Shown here one piece after another: positions 11,670 to 24,775 of a stretch of DNA of 64,000 nt; position 1 is the first letter of the stretch; each line of letters starts with the position of its first letter. Made by a program: the position numbers and the translations under genes. The stretch lies in NCBI RefSeq assembly GCF_036971445.1, contig NC_091472.1, forward strand, positions 2,914,001 to 2,978,000. The letters run 5' to 3'. The notes beneath the pieces were generated by a model. That model did no database searches. It was not told the origin of the DNA and saw only the letters and a program-made list of their open reading frames with translations. This DNA is from Narcine bancroftii (Eukaryota).

Positions 11670-14480
11670 ACCATAGAACCACAGAATGCTACAACACTGA
11701 AAAACCAGCCATTCAGCCCTTCTAGTGTATGCTGTCCATTGTTCAGCTAGTCCCAATAACCCTCCAGGCCTCTCCCATCCATGTATTTATCCAAATTATT
11801 CTTAAACTTAAGATCGAGTCCACACCCACCACATCAGATGGCAGCTCATTCCACGCTCCCACCTCTCACTGAGTAAAGAAGTTCCATCTAATGTTCACCC
11901 TAAACCTTTCCCCTTTCACCCTAAAACCACGTCCTCTTGCATTTATCTCTCCTAATCTCAGTGGAAAGAGCCGACTCACATTTACTCTGTCTATACCCCT
12001 CATCATTTTTTAAACATCTATGAAATCTCCCCTCATTCTTCTTTTTTCCAAGAAATAAGGTGCTAACTTGTCTAATCGTTCCCTGTAACTCAACTCCTGA
12101 AGATCCAGCAACATCCTAGTAAATCTTCTCCGCACTCTTTCAATCTTATTCATATCCTTCCTGCAGTTTTGTGACCAGAACTGCACACAATACTGCAAAT
12201 TTGGCTTCACCAATGTCTTATACAACTTCAACGTAACATCCCAACTCCTGTACTCAATACTTTGATTTATTAAGGCCAAGATGCCAAAAAGCTTTCACTA
12301 CAAGCCTGTCCACCTGCGACACCACCTTCAGAGAACAATATACCTGTATCTCCAGGTCTTTGCTCCTCCGCACTCCTCAGTGCCCTAACATTTACAGTGA
12401 ATGTCCTTCCGTGGTTTGCCCTTCCAAAATGCAACACCTCACACTTGTCTGCATTAAACCCCATCATCTATTTACTGGCCCATTCTCTCAGTTGGTCCAG
12501 ACACCTCTGCAAGCATTGAAAAATCTTCCTCACTGTCCACTGCGTCTCCTATCTTCATGTCATCCGCAAACCTGCTGATCCAATTTCCCACCTTATCATC
12601 CAGATCATTGATATAGACAACAAACAACAATGGTCCCAACAGCGATCCCTGAGACACATCACTCGACACAGGCCTCCAGTCTGAGAAACAACCATCCACC
12701 ACCACTCTCTGTCTTCTCCAACACAGCCAATTAATGAATCCAGTTTACAACCTCTCCGAGGATTCCTAGTGTCTTAACCTTCTGAACTAACCTCCCATGT
12801 GGGACCTTGTCAAAGGTCTTAATGTCCATGTAGACAATATCCACAGCCTTTCCTTCATCTACCTTCTTGGTAACTTCCTCCAAAACTCTACAAGATTTGT
12901 TAAACATGACCTTCCATGCACAAAGCCACGCTGACTGTCCTTAATCAGCCCATGGCTGTCCAAATACCTAGATATCCTGTCTCTCAGAACTCCTTCCAAT
13001 AATTTACCTACTACTGACGTCCAGCTCACTGGCCTCTAGTTACCTGGTTTAAGCCTTTCTTAAACATGACCCTTATGCTTGTTTCCCTTCATTCCTTCTA
13101 TACTCTGCCTATTTCTTGAGTAAATACTGATGCAAAAAACACTGTTTAAGATCTCCCCCTTTTCGTGAGGCTCCACAAAGTTGACCACTCTGATCCTCTC
13201 GGGGACCCATTTTGTCCCTTGTTACCCTCTTACTCTAATGTACTTGTAGAAACCCCTCAGATTTCCTTTCATACTATCTGCCAAAGCCTCCTCGTGCCTT
13301 CATTTTCCCTTCCTGATTTCCTTCTTTATTATTCTCTTACATTTTCCAAACTCTGCAAGTCCCTCCCTTACTCCTTGCTGCTTCTACCAGTTATACACCT
13401 CTCATCTTCCTAATCCTATCACCAATATCCCTTGAAAACCAAGGTTCCCTACGCCTGTTAAATTTCCCTTTAATCCTGGTAGGAACGTGAAAACCTTGCA
13501 GCCTCAACATTTCGCCTTTGAAAGCCTCCATTTACCAGACACGTCCTTGCCAGAAAACAGTTTATTCCAATCGACTCCTCCGAGATCCTTTCTCATTTCC
13601 ACAAAATTGATCAATTTACAACCTCAACTCGAGGCCCAGACCTATCCTTCTCCATAATTATCTTGAAACTAATGGCAATGTGATCACTGGACCCAAAGTG
13701 CTGACCTAGACAGACTTCTGCCACTTGTCCAGTCTGGTTCCCTGATGGGAGATCAAGTATTGCATCCTCTCTCATTGGTCCTTCCACATATTGATCCAGA
13801 CAACTTTCCTGTACACGTCTGACAAATTCCAAACCATCCAGCCCTTTCACAGTACATGAGCCCCAGTCAATATGTGGAATGTTTAAATCTCCGACTACCA
13901 CAACTTTCTGTTTCTTACAATGGTCTGCTATCTCCCAACAGATTTGCACCTCCAACTCTCTCAGTCTATTGGGCATCTATAATACAAGCCCATTAGTGTG
14001 GTCTCACTTTCCCTGTTCCTCAGCTCCACCCATATGGCCTCTGTAGACAAGCCCTCTGGACTGACCTGTCTAAGCACAGCTGTGATGTTTTCCCTGACCA
14101 GCAATGCCACTCCTCCCCCTTTCATCCCTCCCCCTCTGTTACGTCTGAAACCCGGAACATGGAGCTGTCAGTCCTGCCCCTCCTGCAAGCAAGTCTCACT
14201 AATAGCAATAATATCATAGACCTATGTGCAAGTCCACGCCCTAAGCTCGTCTGCCTTCCAGACAATATTCCTCACATTGAAATAGAGATCATTTCTATCA
14301 CATACCAACCTCTGCTTTCTGTCTTTACATGTGGTCCACGCATGCTCTCTACCTGCTCTATCACTCTGGTACCCCTCCCTCTACCAATCTCATTTAAATC
14401 CACTAGCAAACCTGCCCACAAGGATGCGAGACCCCTCCAGCCCAGGTGCAAACCGTCCTGTCAGAACAGGTCACTTAAAC
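11670..14480 (-). mobile_element. Degenerate CR1 LINE (EN and RT regions)
   Basis: Endonuclease motifs VVVGDLNIPHIDW, ILDL and GSSDH; RT motif FADDMKIG; C-terminal RRMRGDFI. Confidence 0.9.
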
Positions 14481-14695
14481 ATCAGCATTAATATCCGCCA
14501 AATCTAGTGAGGAGCAAAAGGTTGGCAGAGGTAACGTCACCTTCACTATGTAAGTATCAGAAGGCCCATTTCTCTGCTGAATCACTCGAAAACTGATTCA
14601 AACAAATCGGAAAATATGGAGTCAGAATTGGTTCACACTTTCAGGGGCGGTTGTGCAGATGATCTTTGAACTAATTGTCATTTTCCCTTTTGAAG

Positions 14696-15040
14696 ATGCA
14701 ATGGCTCCAGTCCTCATCCAATCCCCAAGCCTGGAGAAAGTTACTGAGGGACAGACAACACGGTTATGGTGTCACATGAAGAATGCTGGGGTGGGAAACA
14801 CCGATGTCCACTGGTACCGAAAACTAGCCGGGCAGGAGATGGACTGGGTCTTAACTCAGGAAGCAGGAGGTGCCACACGAAGACGGCCAAATTCAACTGA
14901 GCGGCTCCAGCCGTCGAGGGACGTCTCCAACAGCAGCTTCATCCTGACGGTCACAGACGTGGAGCCCCTTGATTCTGCCGTCTATTACTGCGTCGTGTGG
15001 GGCGATATCAGCGGAGACGGATCCCGGCTCAATGTCATTC
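14696..15040 (+). CDS. IgSF receptor exon: V domain 3 (paralog of V domain 1)
   Basis: Acceptor ttttcccttttgaAG|AT GCA and donor ATT C|GTAAGT; phase 1-1, 345 nt. 84/114 aa identical to V1 by manual alignment; DSAVYYC and SGDGSRLNVI present. Confidence 0.93.
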
Positions 15041-16150
15041 GTAAGTGTCATGTACACATTGCCAATTGATCTCCATGAGAATAGACGTTGAGCATTCATG
15101 GGGCAGGATGGCAGATGGGCAAATTCATTTAAGTTTCAACCGATGACGGCTCGAAGTAACTTTAAAAATTGGAAAAGTATTACATCTTACAGTTTTACTC
15201 AGCTTCCATTTCTGCTGTCAACGGAAGAATTCTACATTGAAATGTGAAACTCAGCCTGCACTGTACTAGAATAAATAGCAGAACCAATTAAGCATTTCTT
15301 TATTCAGCCTTGTAAACGCAAGTGGGAGTGAGGGTACAAAAAAAGAGTTCAGTAACTCGTTCTCTGAGCTGAGCCCCACTCAAAGCATACAGAGTCTTCA
15401 TCCCATTTTATACACTTTCAAGCAGGGGTCTGCGTCAGACCCTACAGGTTTCAAGCGAGTTTCACACAGCTGGCAATTCCTGTTTTTACCGCAATATGTT
15501 CCCTTGTGGTGTCTGCAGTCAAGGGGGTAAAACAGGATGTCCTGGCTTCTTCTTTTATTAAGCCTTACATTATTCTTTAGATTAGATTACATGAGATTCA
15601 ACTTTATTGGCATTGTGCCAAGTAAAATATGAAGCCAATGAGATACAATTAGCGTCCAACCAGAAGTTAAAAATGAATGTTCTATATAAATAATTATGTG
15701 CGAATAAAGACAACCGTATTCAGCAAGCAAACAATGATAAAGGTCCTGACAGTCCAATGTGAGTCCAGGACCACTCCGCACTGGGATTTAAGGCTCAGCT
15801 GGGTCACAGCCTCGGGGGGATAAAGTTCTTCTTGACTCTGCGGGTTTGAGTGCGAAGGCATTTGGAGCACCTTCCAGATGGGTGAAGAGTAAAACGTCCA
15901 TGGTTTGGCTGAGATACAACCTTGATGATGCTCTTTGCCCCACCCAGGATCACTGCCTGGGCAACAGTGGGCAATTGGGTGCCTATGATCCACTGAGCAG
16001 TTTTCACTTCCCACTGATGGGCTTTACGGGGAGGTCATGTCGTTCCATGGATTACAAAAGGTACCAGGAGTAAATCTAATAATTACAGGCCTGTACGTTT
16101 GCTGGCAGTGGTGGGTGTTAATGGAAAGTATTCTTAGAGATGGTTTACAG

Positions 16151-16512
16151 CAGTGGTTCTCAACCTTTTTATTTCCACTCACATCCCACTTTAAGTCATC
16201 TCTTTGCCATCAGTGCTCTGTGATCAGTAAGGGATTGCTTATGGTGGGATGTGGGTGGGACGGGAAGGTTGAGAATCACTGCTCTAGACCCAATGTTACT
16301 GAAATATTTGGCTTGAGACAAATGGTCATTGGCCCATTTCCTTTGGAGTTCTGAAACCGTGCACATAACGAGTCCATGAGGGACGATTTTCAAATGTTTT
16401 CTTTGCACTCACATCCCACCTTAAGGAATCCCTTACTAATCACAGAGCACCGATGGCAGAGGGATGACTTAAAGTGGGATGTGAGTGGAGAGAGAAAGGT
16501 TGAGAACCACTG
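16151..16512. mobile_element. hAT/Charlie-like MITE composite with long inverted repeats
   Basis: Starts CAGTGGTTCTCAACCTT and ends AAGGTTGAGAACCACTG; ~105-bp inverted arms; internal third TIR copy at 16265-16281. Confidence 0.7.
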
Positions 16513-16519
16513 ATGTATA

Positions 16520-17765
16520 TATAAACATTTGGATAGACAGGGTTTGATTAGAAAGTCAACATGGATTTGTGAGGGGAAGATCATGTTTGACAAAGCTTAT
16601 CAATTTTTTCAGGAGGTTACTAGGAAAGTTGATGAGGGTAAGGCAGTGGATGTTGTCTATCTGGACTTTAGTAAGGCTTTTGATAAGGTTCCTCAAGGAA
16701 GGTTAGTTAGGAAGGTTCAATCATTAGGTAGTAACATTGAAGTAGTAAAATGGATTCCACAATGGTGGAATGGGAGATGCCAGAGAGTGGTGGCAGATAA
16801 CGGTTTATCAGGTTGGAAGCCGGTGACTAGTAGTGTGCCTCAGGGTTGAGCATTGGGTCCATTACTGTTTGTCATATACATTAATGATCTGGAGAATGGG
16901 GTGGTAAATAAGTTTGCAGATGATACTAAGTTAGGTGGAGCTGTGAATAGTGGAGAAGGGTTTCAAAGCTTGGAGAGGGATTTAGGCCAGTTAGAGGAGT
17001 GGGCTGAAAGGTGGCAGATGGAGTTTAATGCAGATCAGTATAATATGTTATATTTTGTCAGGGCTGATCAAAATAGGGCATACATGGGGAATGATGGGCC
17101 ATGGAAGAGAGCAGTAGAACAGAGGGATCTAAGATTAATTGTCATAGTTCCCTGAAGGTGAAGTCACATGTGGATCGGGTGGTGAAGAATGTCCATGGGA
17201 TGTTGGCCTTTATAAATCAGAGCACTGAATCTAGGAGCTGGGATGTTATATTATGCATTAGTGAGACCAAACTTGGAGAATTGTGTACAATTTTGGTCAC
17301 CAAAGTATAGGAAAGATCTCAACAAATTGGAGATTTACTAGAATGTTGCCGGGGTTACGGGATGTCAGGCTATAGGGAAAGGTTAAATAAGTTAGATCTC
17401 CATTCTTTGGAGCGTAGAAGGTTGAGAGGGGATTTGATTGAGGTATTTAAAATTATTAGGGATATGGATAGAGTTGTCGTGGAGCGGCTTTTTCCTTTAA
17501 GAAAATGGGAGATAGAAATGATACGATATGAGTTGGGGGAAGAAATTTAGAGGAAAGATGAGGGGGGCGACTTTACTTCGAGAGTGGTGGTGGTGTGGAA
17601 CGAGCTTCCAGATGAAATGGCAGAGGAAGCCTTGATATGTGCATTTAACGAGAAGTTGGGCGGGCAAGGAATGGAGGGTTACTGGTGGCGTGTAGGTCAG
17701 TGGGGTTCAGTGGGAGAAAGTGTTCGGCATGGCCTATTTCTATGCTCTAATTGTGATATGATTCT
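16520..17765 (+). mobile_element. CR1 LINE 3' half, degenerate
   Basis: VDVVYLDFSKAFDKVP, KFADDTKLGG, RRRLRGDLIEVFKI. Confidence 0.9.
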
Positions 17766-17779
17766 ATGATAGGAGACAG

Positions 17780-18845
17780 TTACCATACCACACTGAGGTA
17801 GGTAAGTATGCTCTCCATGGGACAGCAGTAAAAATCCATCCATATCCTGGGACAGAGGTATACTTTCTTTAATCTCTGCAGAAAATCGAGGCACGGTTGT
17901 ACCTTTTTGACCAGGACGGAGGAGTTCAGGGACCAGGTGAGATCATCGGAAAAGTGGACCCCAAGAAATTTGAAACTTGATACTCGTTCCACCACAACTT
18001 AGATCGGTCCAGACTAGAGGGGCCGAGATGGCCTGTTTCCGCACCGTCATTGTCATATGGTTACAACTCTATTCATGTAAATAGGGGCACGTGTGGCTTC
18101 CAGCTCCCCTGAAGTCCACAATGAGCCCCTTGGTCTTCTGAGTGTTAAGTGCCAAATTGTTGTTGACCTACCCTGCAGCCAGGTGCTGGACCTTGTCCCT
18201 ATAGGCCATCTCATCATCCCCTCCGGTCAGGTCTACTATCTGTGAACTTGATTATGGAATTAGAAACATGTACAGGAATGCTGTTATAGGTGAACGGGAA
18301 TACAGGAGAGGGCTCAGCCCACGGCCCTGGGGCAAGGTGGGAAGGGAAGAGAAGAGATTGTCTAACTTAACAGATTGGGGTCTGTTTACCAGAAAGTCCA
18401 AGGTCCATTTCCAGAGGGATGAGCTGATAGCAAGCTGGTGAAGTTTGCCGATCAGCTTGAAGGGAACCACTGCATTGAATGTGGAACTAAAGTCAATGAA
18501 CATCATTCTGACAGAAGAGTTGGAGGAGTCCAAGTGGGTCAGGGCAGAGTGAAGTACTGCAGAAATGAAATAATCAGTCAACCTATTGGTGCGATGGGCA
18601 AACAGGATTTCAAATGTGACCAAAACTCTTTGCAATGGTGGGGGTGAGTGTAGCTGGAAGGAAGTTGTTCCGACTTGTGGCGGTGGGACATTTCACCACT
18701 TGCCCGATGGCGGCAAACTTGAAGTTTATAACAATTGCCTGAGCCAGGGACAGATTGAACAAAATGTCCGTGAAGACCCCAGCCAACTGTTCTGCACAGT
18801 CTCTAAGCCCACGACCAGGTATGCCATCCAGACCAGCTGCCATAG
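17780..18845 (-). mobile_element. Rex1/Babar-like LINE fragment
   Basis: AAGLDGIPGR..CAEQLAGVFTDI, VRMMFIDFSSTFN, VERVSSFKFLGVH. Confidence 0.85.
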
Positions 18846-19733
18846 GACATTACAAGACAGAAAAAGAGGCCATTCAACCCTTCTGGTCTGTGCCAACCAA
18901 TAAAACGAGCTAGTCCAACTGACTTGCTCTCATTCCATACCTCTCCAGACCTCTCCCATCCTCATATTGATCCAATTTATTTTTAAAACTCAAGATTGAA
19001 TCTGCATTCACCACACCAGATGACAGCTCATTCCACACTCCCACCACTCTCTGAGTGAAAACCTTCCCCCAATGTTCCCCTTAACCCTCTCCCTTTCAGC
19101 CTAAAGCTATGACCTCTCGTATTTATCCCCCCCAATCTAAGTGGAAAATCCGACTCACATCTACTCTGTCTATACCCCATCATCTTATAAGCCTCCAACA
19201 AGTCTCCCTTCATTACTCTTCATTCCAAGGAGTATAGTCCTAACCTGTTTAACCCTTCCTGGTAACTCAACCTACTCTGGGTGGTCCAAACATCAGAGAT
19301 GGGAAGTGAGAGAGCAATTCATCATGTGGAAGATCCTTTTTGAGGGTGACCTCCTTGTTCTCTCGATCTTTATGTTGTTAGTCATTCTCCCACTACAGCA
19401 CAGGGAAGGAGAAGTTAGAAGGCAGTCACGTTCTCACCCAACTCATGAAGCCTTTGTTAAGCATATTCGTTCAACAGATTCTTTCACATCAATTTTTTTA
19501 TTTAAATTTAACCACTAACTGGGCCCCAAAAAATTCTGCAGATCCCACTACATTGGGGAACCAAACAAAATCTGATGACTCATTTATGGAACATCCCTTT
19601 CTAGTCCAGGGACCAAGCTCCAACCTTGCAGACATTCTTTTTCTCATCTTTACATCGAACTCGGACACTCCCAACCTTGGTCATTGACGTGACCTTGGTT
19701 GGAGTGGAGGAAGTTCATGGAACAGGACCTCTC

Positions 19734-20025
19734 TGTGGTGCGCTGTTAGACAGGATCAGACACACACAAGGTAAAGACTGTACAACAGGCTTTAATCCAC
19801 AAAAACCTCCACAGAGCCAGGCTGGCTGTGACTGCAGCAACTCAATGTGAGGTCTCGGGAGGCCGGCACAGGCTTATAGCCCGGAGGGTGATTGACACCC
19901 GACCGGGTGGGGCTTGATCCGTTCAGGGCGACTGATTGGCAGCTGGCCAGGTGTTGTCCTGTCCCCTTACACTCCTGCAGGTACAGAGGTTGCCCCCTGT
20001 AGTGGGCCGGTGGTGGACCACCACA
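19734..20025 (-). mobile_element. Probable solo LTR
   Basis: Termini TGTGGTG...CACCACA; TATAA and ATTAAA on the minus strand; imperfect flanking duplication ctctc/ctcgc. Confidence 0.55.
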
Positions 20026-20284
20026 CTCGCCTTTCAACCAAGCACATTATAACCTAGCAGAAGCAACCACTTCCTGTTCAGAGTCCCTGCTCCCACCTTT
20101 ACAGACAGAAATGGTGAACAACTACTCTGTTATTTCCAGCTGCTCAAGATCACTTGTTCTCACCGAGGAAATTGCAGAAATGTGCAGAACATATAAAGTC
20201 CTTACAGACAGTGTGGGATTTGAACCTGGGTCGCTCGTCCTGTAAAAGTATTGTGCTAACCACTTAACTAAATCATACCGTAGA

Positions 20285-21100
20285 TCAATAGAATGTTACA
20301 GAAACAGGCCCTTTGGTCCTTCCAGTCTGTCCTGAACCATTATTCTGCCCAGTCTCACTGACGTGCACCCAGTCCATATCCCCCCATCCCTCTCCCATCC
20401 ATGTAACTGTCCAAATTAATTGTAAATGTTAAAATTGAATCCACATTCACCATTTCAGTTGGCAGCTCATTCCACACTCCCTCCATTCTCTGTGTGAAGA
20501 AATTTTCTCTCATGTTCCCTCTAAACTTTCCCCTTTCACCCTTAACCCATGACCTCTGGTTTGTATCTCACCCACCCTCAGTAGAAAAAGCCGATCTACA
20601 TTTACTCTGTCTGTCCCCCTCATAATTTTAAATACCTCGATCAAATCTCCCCTCATTCTTCTATGCTCCAGGGATTAAAGTCCTAACCTGTTTAACCTTT
20701 CCCTTAACTCAGTCCCTGAAGTCCGGGCAACATCCTAGTAAATCTTCTCCGCTCTCTTTCTATCTATTGATCTCTTTCCTGTAGTTTGGTGACCAAAACT
20801 GCACACAGTTCTCCAAATTTGGCCTTACTAATGTCTTATACAACTTTACCATAGCATCCCAACTCCTGTACTCAATACTTTGATTTATGAAGGCCAAGAT
20901 GCCAAAAGCTCTCTTCACAACCCTGTCCACCTGTGACACCACTTTCAGGGAATTATGTTTCTATATTCCCAGATCCCTTTGTTCTACTGCAATCCTCAGT
21001 AAACCTTCTTTCTTGGTTTGACCTTCCAAAATGCAACACCTAACACTAGTCGGCATTAAATTCCATCTGTCATTTTTCAGCCCATTTTTCCAGCTGGTTC
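20285..21100 (-). mobile_element. CR1 LINE 3' fragment
   Basis: VKRAFGILAFINQSIEYRSWD...[15 protein letters not shown]. Confidence 0.85.
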
Positions 21101-21355
21101 AATTAAGGTTCAAAGCTGTTCACTGTTTTCCATCAATTTTTGGAAGCGCCTGTCTTCAAAACTGGTGGAGGCTTCATAGCACAGGGATCACCAATGGGAT
21201 CTAGTTTCTAGTTCTCTTGGCTGGATGTCACAGAAGCGCAAGGTTTCTCTCACAGTGTCTTTATGGTGCTTGCATGGACAACCTTGAGGTCTCCTTCCAG
21301 TCTCAAGTTCACCATAGATCAGCTACTCGACGTAACAATAAAGGAATCTTGAATT

Positions 21356-24300
21356 AGAGAAGAGGTCCTAAAAAGTCCTAAAAAGTGAGTACAGGCAGTT
21401 AGGTAGGGAGTTCAAAAGAAGGACCGCAAAGGGGGTAATCTCTGGATTACTCCCTGTGCCACGTGACAGTGTGAATAGAAATAGGATGAGGTGGAGGATT
21501 AACACGTGGCTGAAGGGGTGGAGTAAGGGGCAGGGTTTTAAGTTTCTGGATAACTGGGACCTTTTTTGGGGGAGATGTGACCTGTACAGTAAGGACGGGT
21601 TACACTTAAATCCCAGGGGGACCAGAATCCTGGCAGAGGTATTTGCTAGGGCTACTCAGGATCCTTTAAACTAGAATGGTTGGGGGGAGGGAACAAAATA
21701 GTACAGAGCAGTAAGGAGAAGGTTAGAATGAAAACAATGAAAGTTTGTAGTAAGTATTTGAATATGGATGGGCAGGTGATAGAGAAGGGAAATGCTCTGG
21801 AAGAAGATGAAGGGCAATTGTCAGGAAAAGTAAATAATGTTGTTCTTAAAGATGAGGGAAAACAGGGATTAAAAAATGGGAAATCCCTGAAATTCATATA
21901 TTTTAATGCCAGGAGTATTGTAAAAAAGGTGGATGAGCTGAAGGTGTGGATTGATACTTGGAAGTATGATGTGGTAGCGATTAGTGAGACATGGTTGCAG
22001 GAGGGATGTGATTGGCAACTGAATATCCCTGGGTTTCGTTGTTTTAGGTGTGATAGAGTCGGAGGGGCAAGAGGAGGTGGGGTTGCATTGCTTGTCAGGG
22101 AAAATATTACAGCGGAGCCTAGGAAGGATAGATTAGAGGGCACATCCACGGAGGCTATTTGGGTGGAACTGAGGAGTAGGAAAGGAGAGGTTACACTTGT
22201 AGGGGTGTATTATAGACCACCCGGAGGGGACCGAGACCTAGAGGAGCAAATCTGTAGGGAGATAGTAGATATTTGTGATAAGCACAGGGTTGTAATTATG
22301 GGAGATTTTAATTTTCCACATATAGATTGGGAAACACATTCTGTGAAAGGAATGGATGGGTTAGAGTTTGTGAAATGTGTGCAAGATAGTTTTTTACAAC
22401 AATATGTAGAGGTGCCGACCAGAGAAGGAGCAGTGTTAGATCTACTGTTGGCAAATGGGATGGGTCAAGTGACGGAGGTTAGTGTTGGCGAGCACTTCGG
22501 GTCCAGTGATCATAATGCCATCAGCTTCAATGTCATTATGGAAAGAGAGAAATCAGGGCCAAGGATTGAGGTTTTTGATTGGGGAAAAGCTAGATTTGAG
22601 GAGATGCGAAAGGACTTGCAGGGTGTGCATTGGGACAATTTGTTTTATGGGCAGGATGTAGTAGAGAGATGGAAGTCTTTTAAAGATCAGATTTTGAGAG
22701 TGCAAAAGCTTTATGTTCCTGTTAGGTTAAAAGGAGGGGCAAAAGGTTTGAGAGAGCCGTGGTTTTCAAGGAATATTGGAAACTTGGTTCGAAGAAAAAG
22801 GGAGGCGTACATTAGATATAAGAAGCATGGAGTTAAGGAGATGTTTGAAAGATACATTGAATGTAAGAGGAATCTTAAGAGAGGAATTAGGAAAGCTAAA
22901 AGAAGGTACGAGAAAACTATGGCAAGCAGGGTGAAAACTAATCCAAAAGAGTTCTACAAATATGTTAATGGTAAGAGGAAAGCTAGAGACAAAATTGGTC
23001 CCTTAGAAAATCAGAGTGGAAAACTGTGTGTGGAACCTAGAGAAATGGGGGAGATATTGAACAGTTTCTTTTCTTCGGTATTCACTAAGGAGAAGGATAT
23101 TGGGAGATGTGGGATAAAAAAAGCAAATTGGGTAAATATGGGGAATATAGAGATTACAAAAGGTGTAGTTTTAAGGCTTTTGAAGAATATAAAGATGGAT
23201 AAGTCTCCGGGACCTGACGGGATCTTCCCCAGGACATTGAGAGAAGTGAAGGAGGAAATAGCAGAGGCTCTGGCGGTAATTTTTCAAATGTCATTAGATA
23301 TGGGGATAGTGCCGGAGGATTGGCGCATTGCGCATGTGGTTCCGTTATTTAAAAAGGGTTCAAGGAGGAAGCCTGGCAACTATCGGCCTGTAAGTTTGAC
23401 GTCTGTGGTAGGTAAATTAATGGAGAAAATTCTTAGAGATAGTACTTATAAACATCTGGATAGACAGGGTCTGATCAGGAGCACTCAACATGGATTTGTG
23501 GGAGGAAGGTCATGTTTGACCAATCTGATTGAATTTTTGAAGAGGTGACTAGGAATGTGGATGAGGGTAGCGCAGTGGATGTTGTCTATATGGACTTAAG
23601 TAAGGCCTTCGATAAGGTACCACATGGAAGGTTAGTTAGGAAGGTGCAGTCTTTAGGTATAAATTTTGAGATAGTCAAATGGATTGAACATTGGCTGAAA
23701 GGGAGAGGCCAGAGAGTGGTAGTGGATAATTGTCTGTCAGGTTGGAGGCCGGTGACCAGTGGTGTGCCTCAAGGATCTGTATTGGGCCCATTGTTGTTCG
23801 TTATATACATTAATGATCTAGATGATGGGGTGGTGAATTGGATGAGTAAATATGCAGACGATACTAAGATAGGTGGAATAGTGGATAATGAAGAAGGTTT
23901 TCAAGGATTGCAGAGGGATTTGGGCTGCTTAGAAAAGTGGGCTGAAAAATGGCAGATGAAATTTAATGCTGATAAGTGTGAGGTGCTTCATTTTGGTAAG
24001 AAGAATCAGAACAGGACATACGTGGTAAATGGGAGAGCATTGAGGAATACAGAAGAGCAGAAAGATTTAGGAGTAACGGTACATCGTTCCCTGAAGGTAG
24101 AAACTCACGTGAATAGGGTGGTGAAGAAGGCTTTTAGTATGCTGGCCTTTATCAATCATTGCATGGAATATAGGAGTTGGGAGGTGATGTTGAGATTGTA
24201 TAAGACGTTGGTGCGGCCTAATTTGGAGTTCTGTGTGCAGTTCTGGTCGCCTAATTATAGGAAGGATATAAACAGAGTGGAGAGAGTGCAGAGAAGGTTT

Positions 24301-24775
24301 ACCAGAATGTTGCCTGGGTTTAAGCATCTGGAGTATGGGGAGAGATTGGACAGATTGGGTCTTTATTCTTTGGAGCGTAGAAGGTTGAGAGGGGATTTGA
24401 TAGAAGTATTTAAGATTATGAAAGGGATAGACAGAGTGGATGTGGATAGACTATTTCCGTTAAGAGGAGGAAAGATTAAAACAAGAGGACATGAGTTAAG
24501 AATTAAGGGGCAGAGGTTTAGAGGTAACATGAGGGGGAACTTCTTTACTCAGAGAGTGGTAGCTGTGTGGAATGATCTTCCGGGAGAAATAGTGGCGGCA
24601 GAGTCAATTGTATTATTTAAGAAATGGTTGGACAGGTATATGGATAAGAGGAAGATGGAGGGTTATGGGCATTGTGCAGGGAGGTGGGATTAGAAAGGGG
24701 TGTTTGGTTCAGTGCGGACTAGAAGGGCCTAATGGCCTGTTTCCGTGCTGTAATTGTTATGTTATGTTATGTTAT
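21356..24775 (+). mobile_element. Young CR1 LINE: ORF1 esterase C-terminus plus ORF2 (APE endonuclease, RT) with a single frameshift
   Basis: ORFs 21680-23548 and 23545-24693 are split by one missing T at 23534-23538; YADD motif; (TTATG)n tail; TSD GAATCTTG[A/C]ATT at 21344 and 24776. Confidence 0.95.

Noticed and set aside
1167-15040. Rearranging TCR or Ig locus V segments
   Set aside because: J-like motifs are in the same exon, each exon ends in a splice donor, and I saw no RSS, D/J segments or C1 constant exon.
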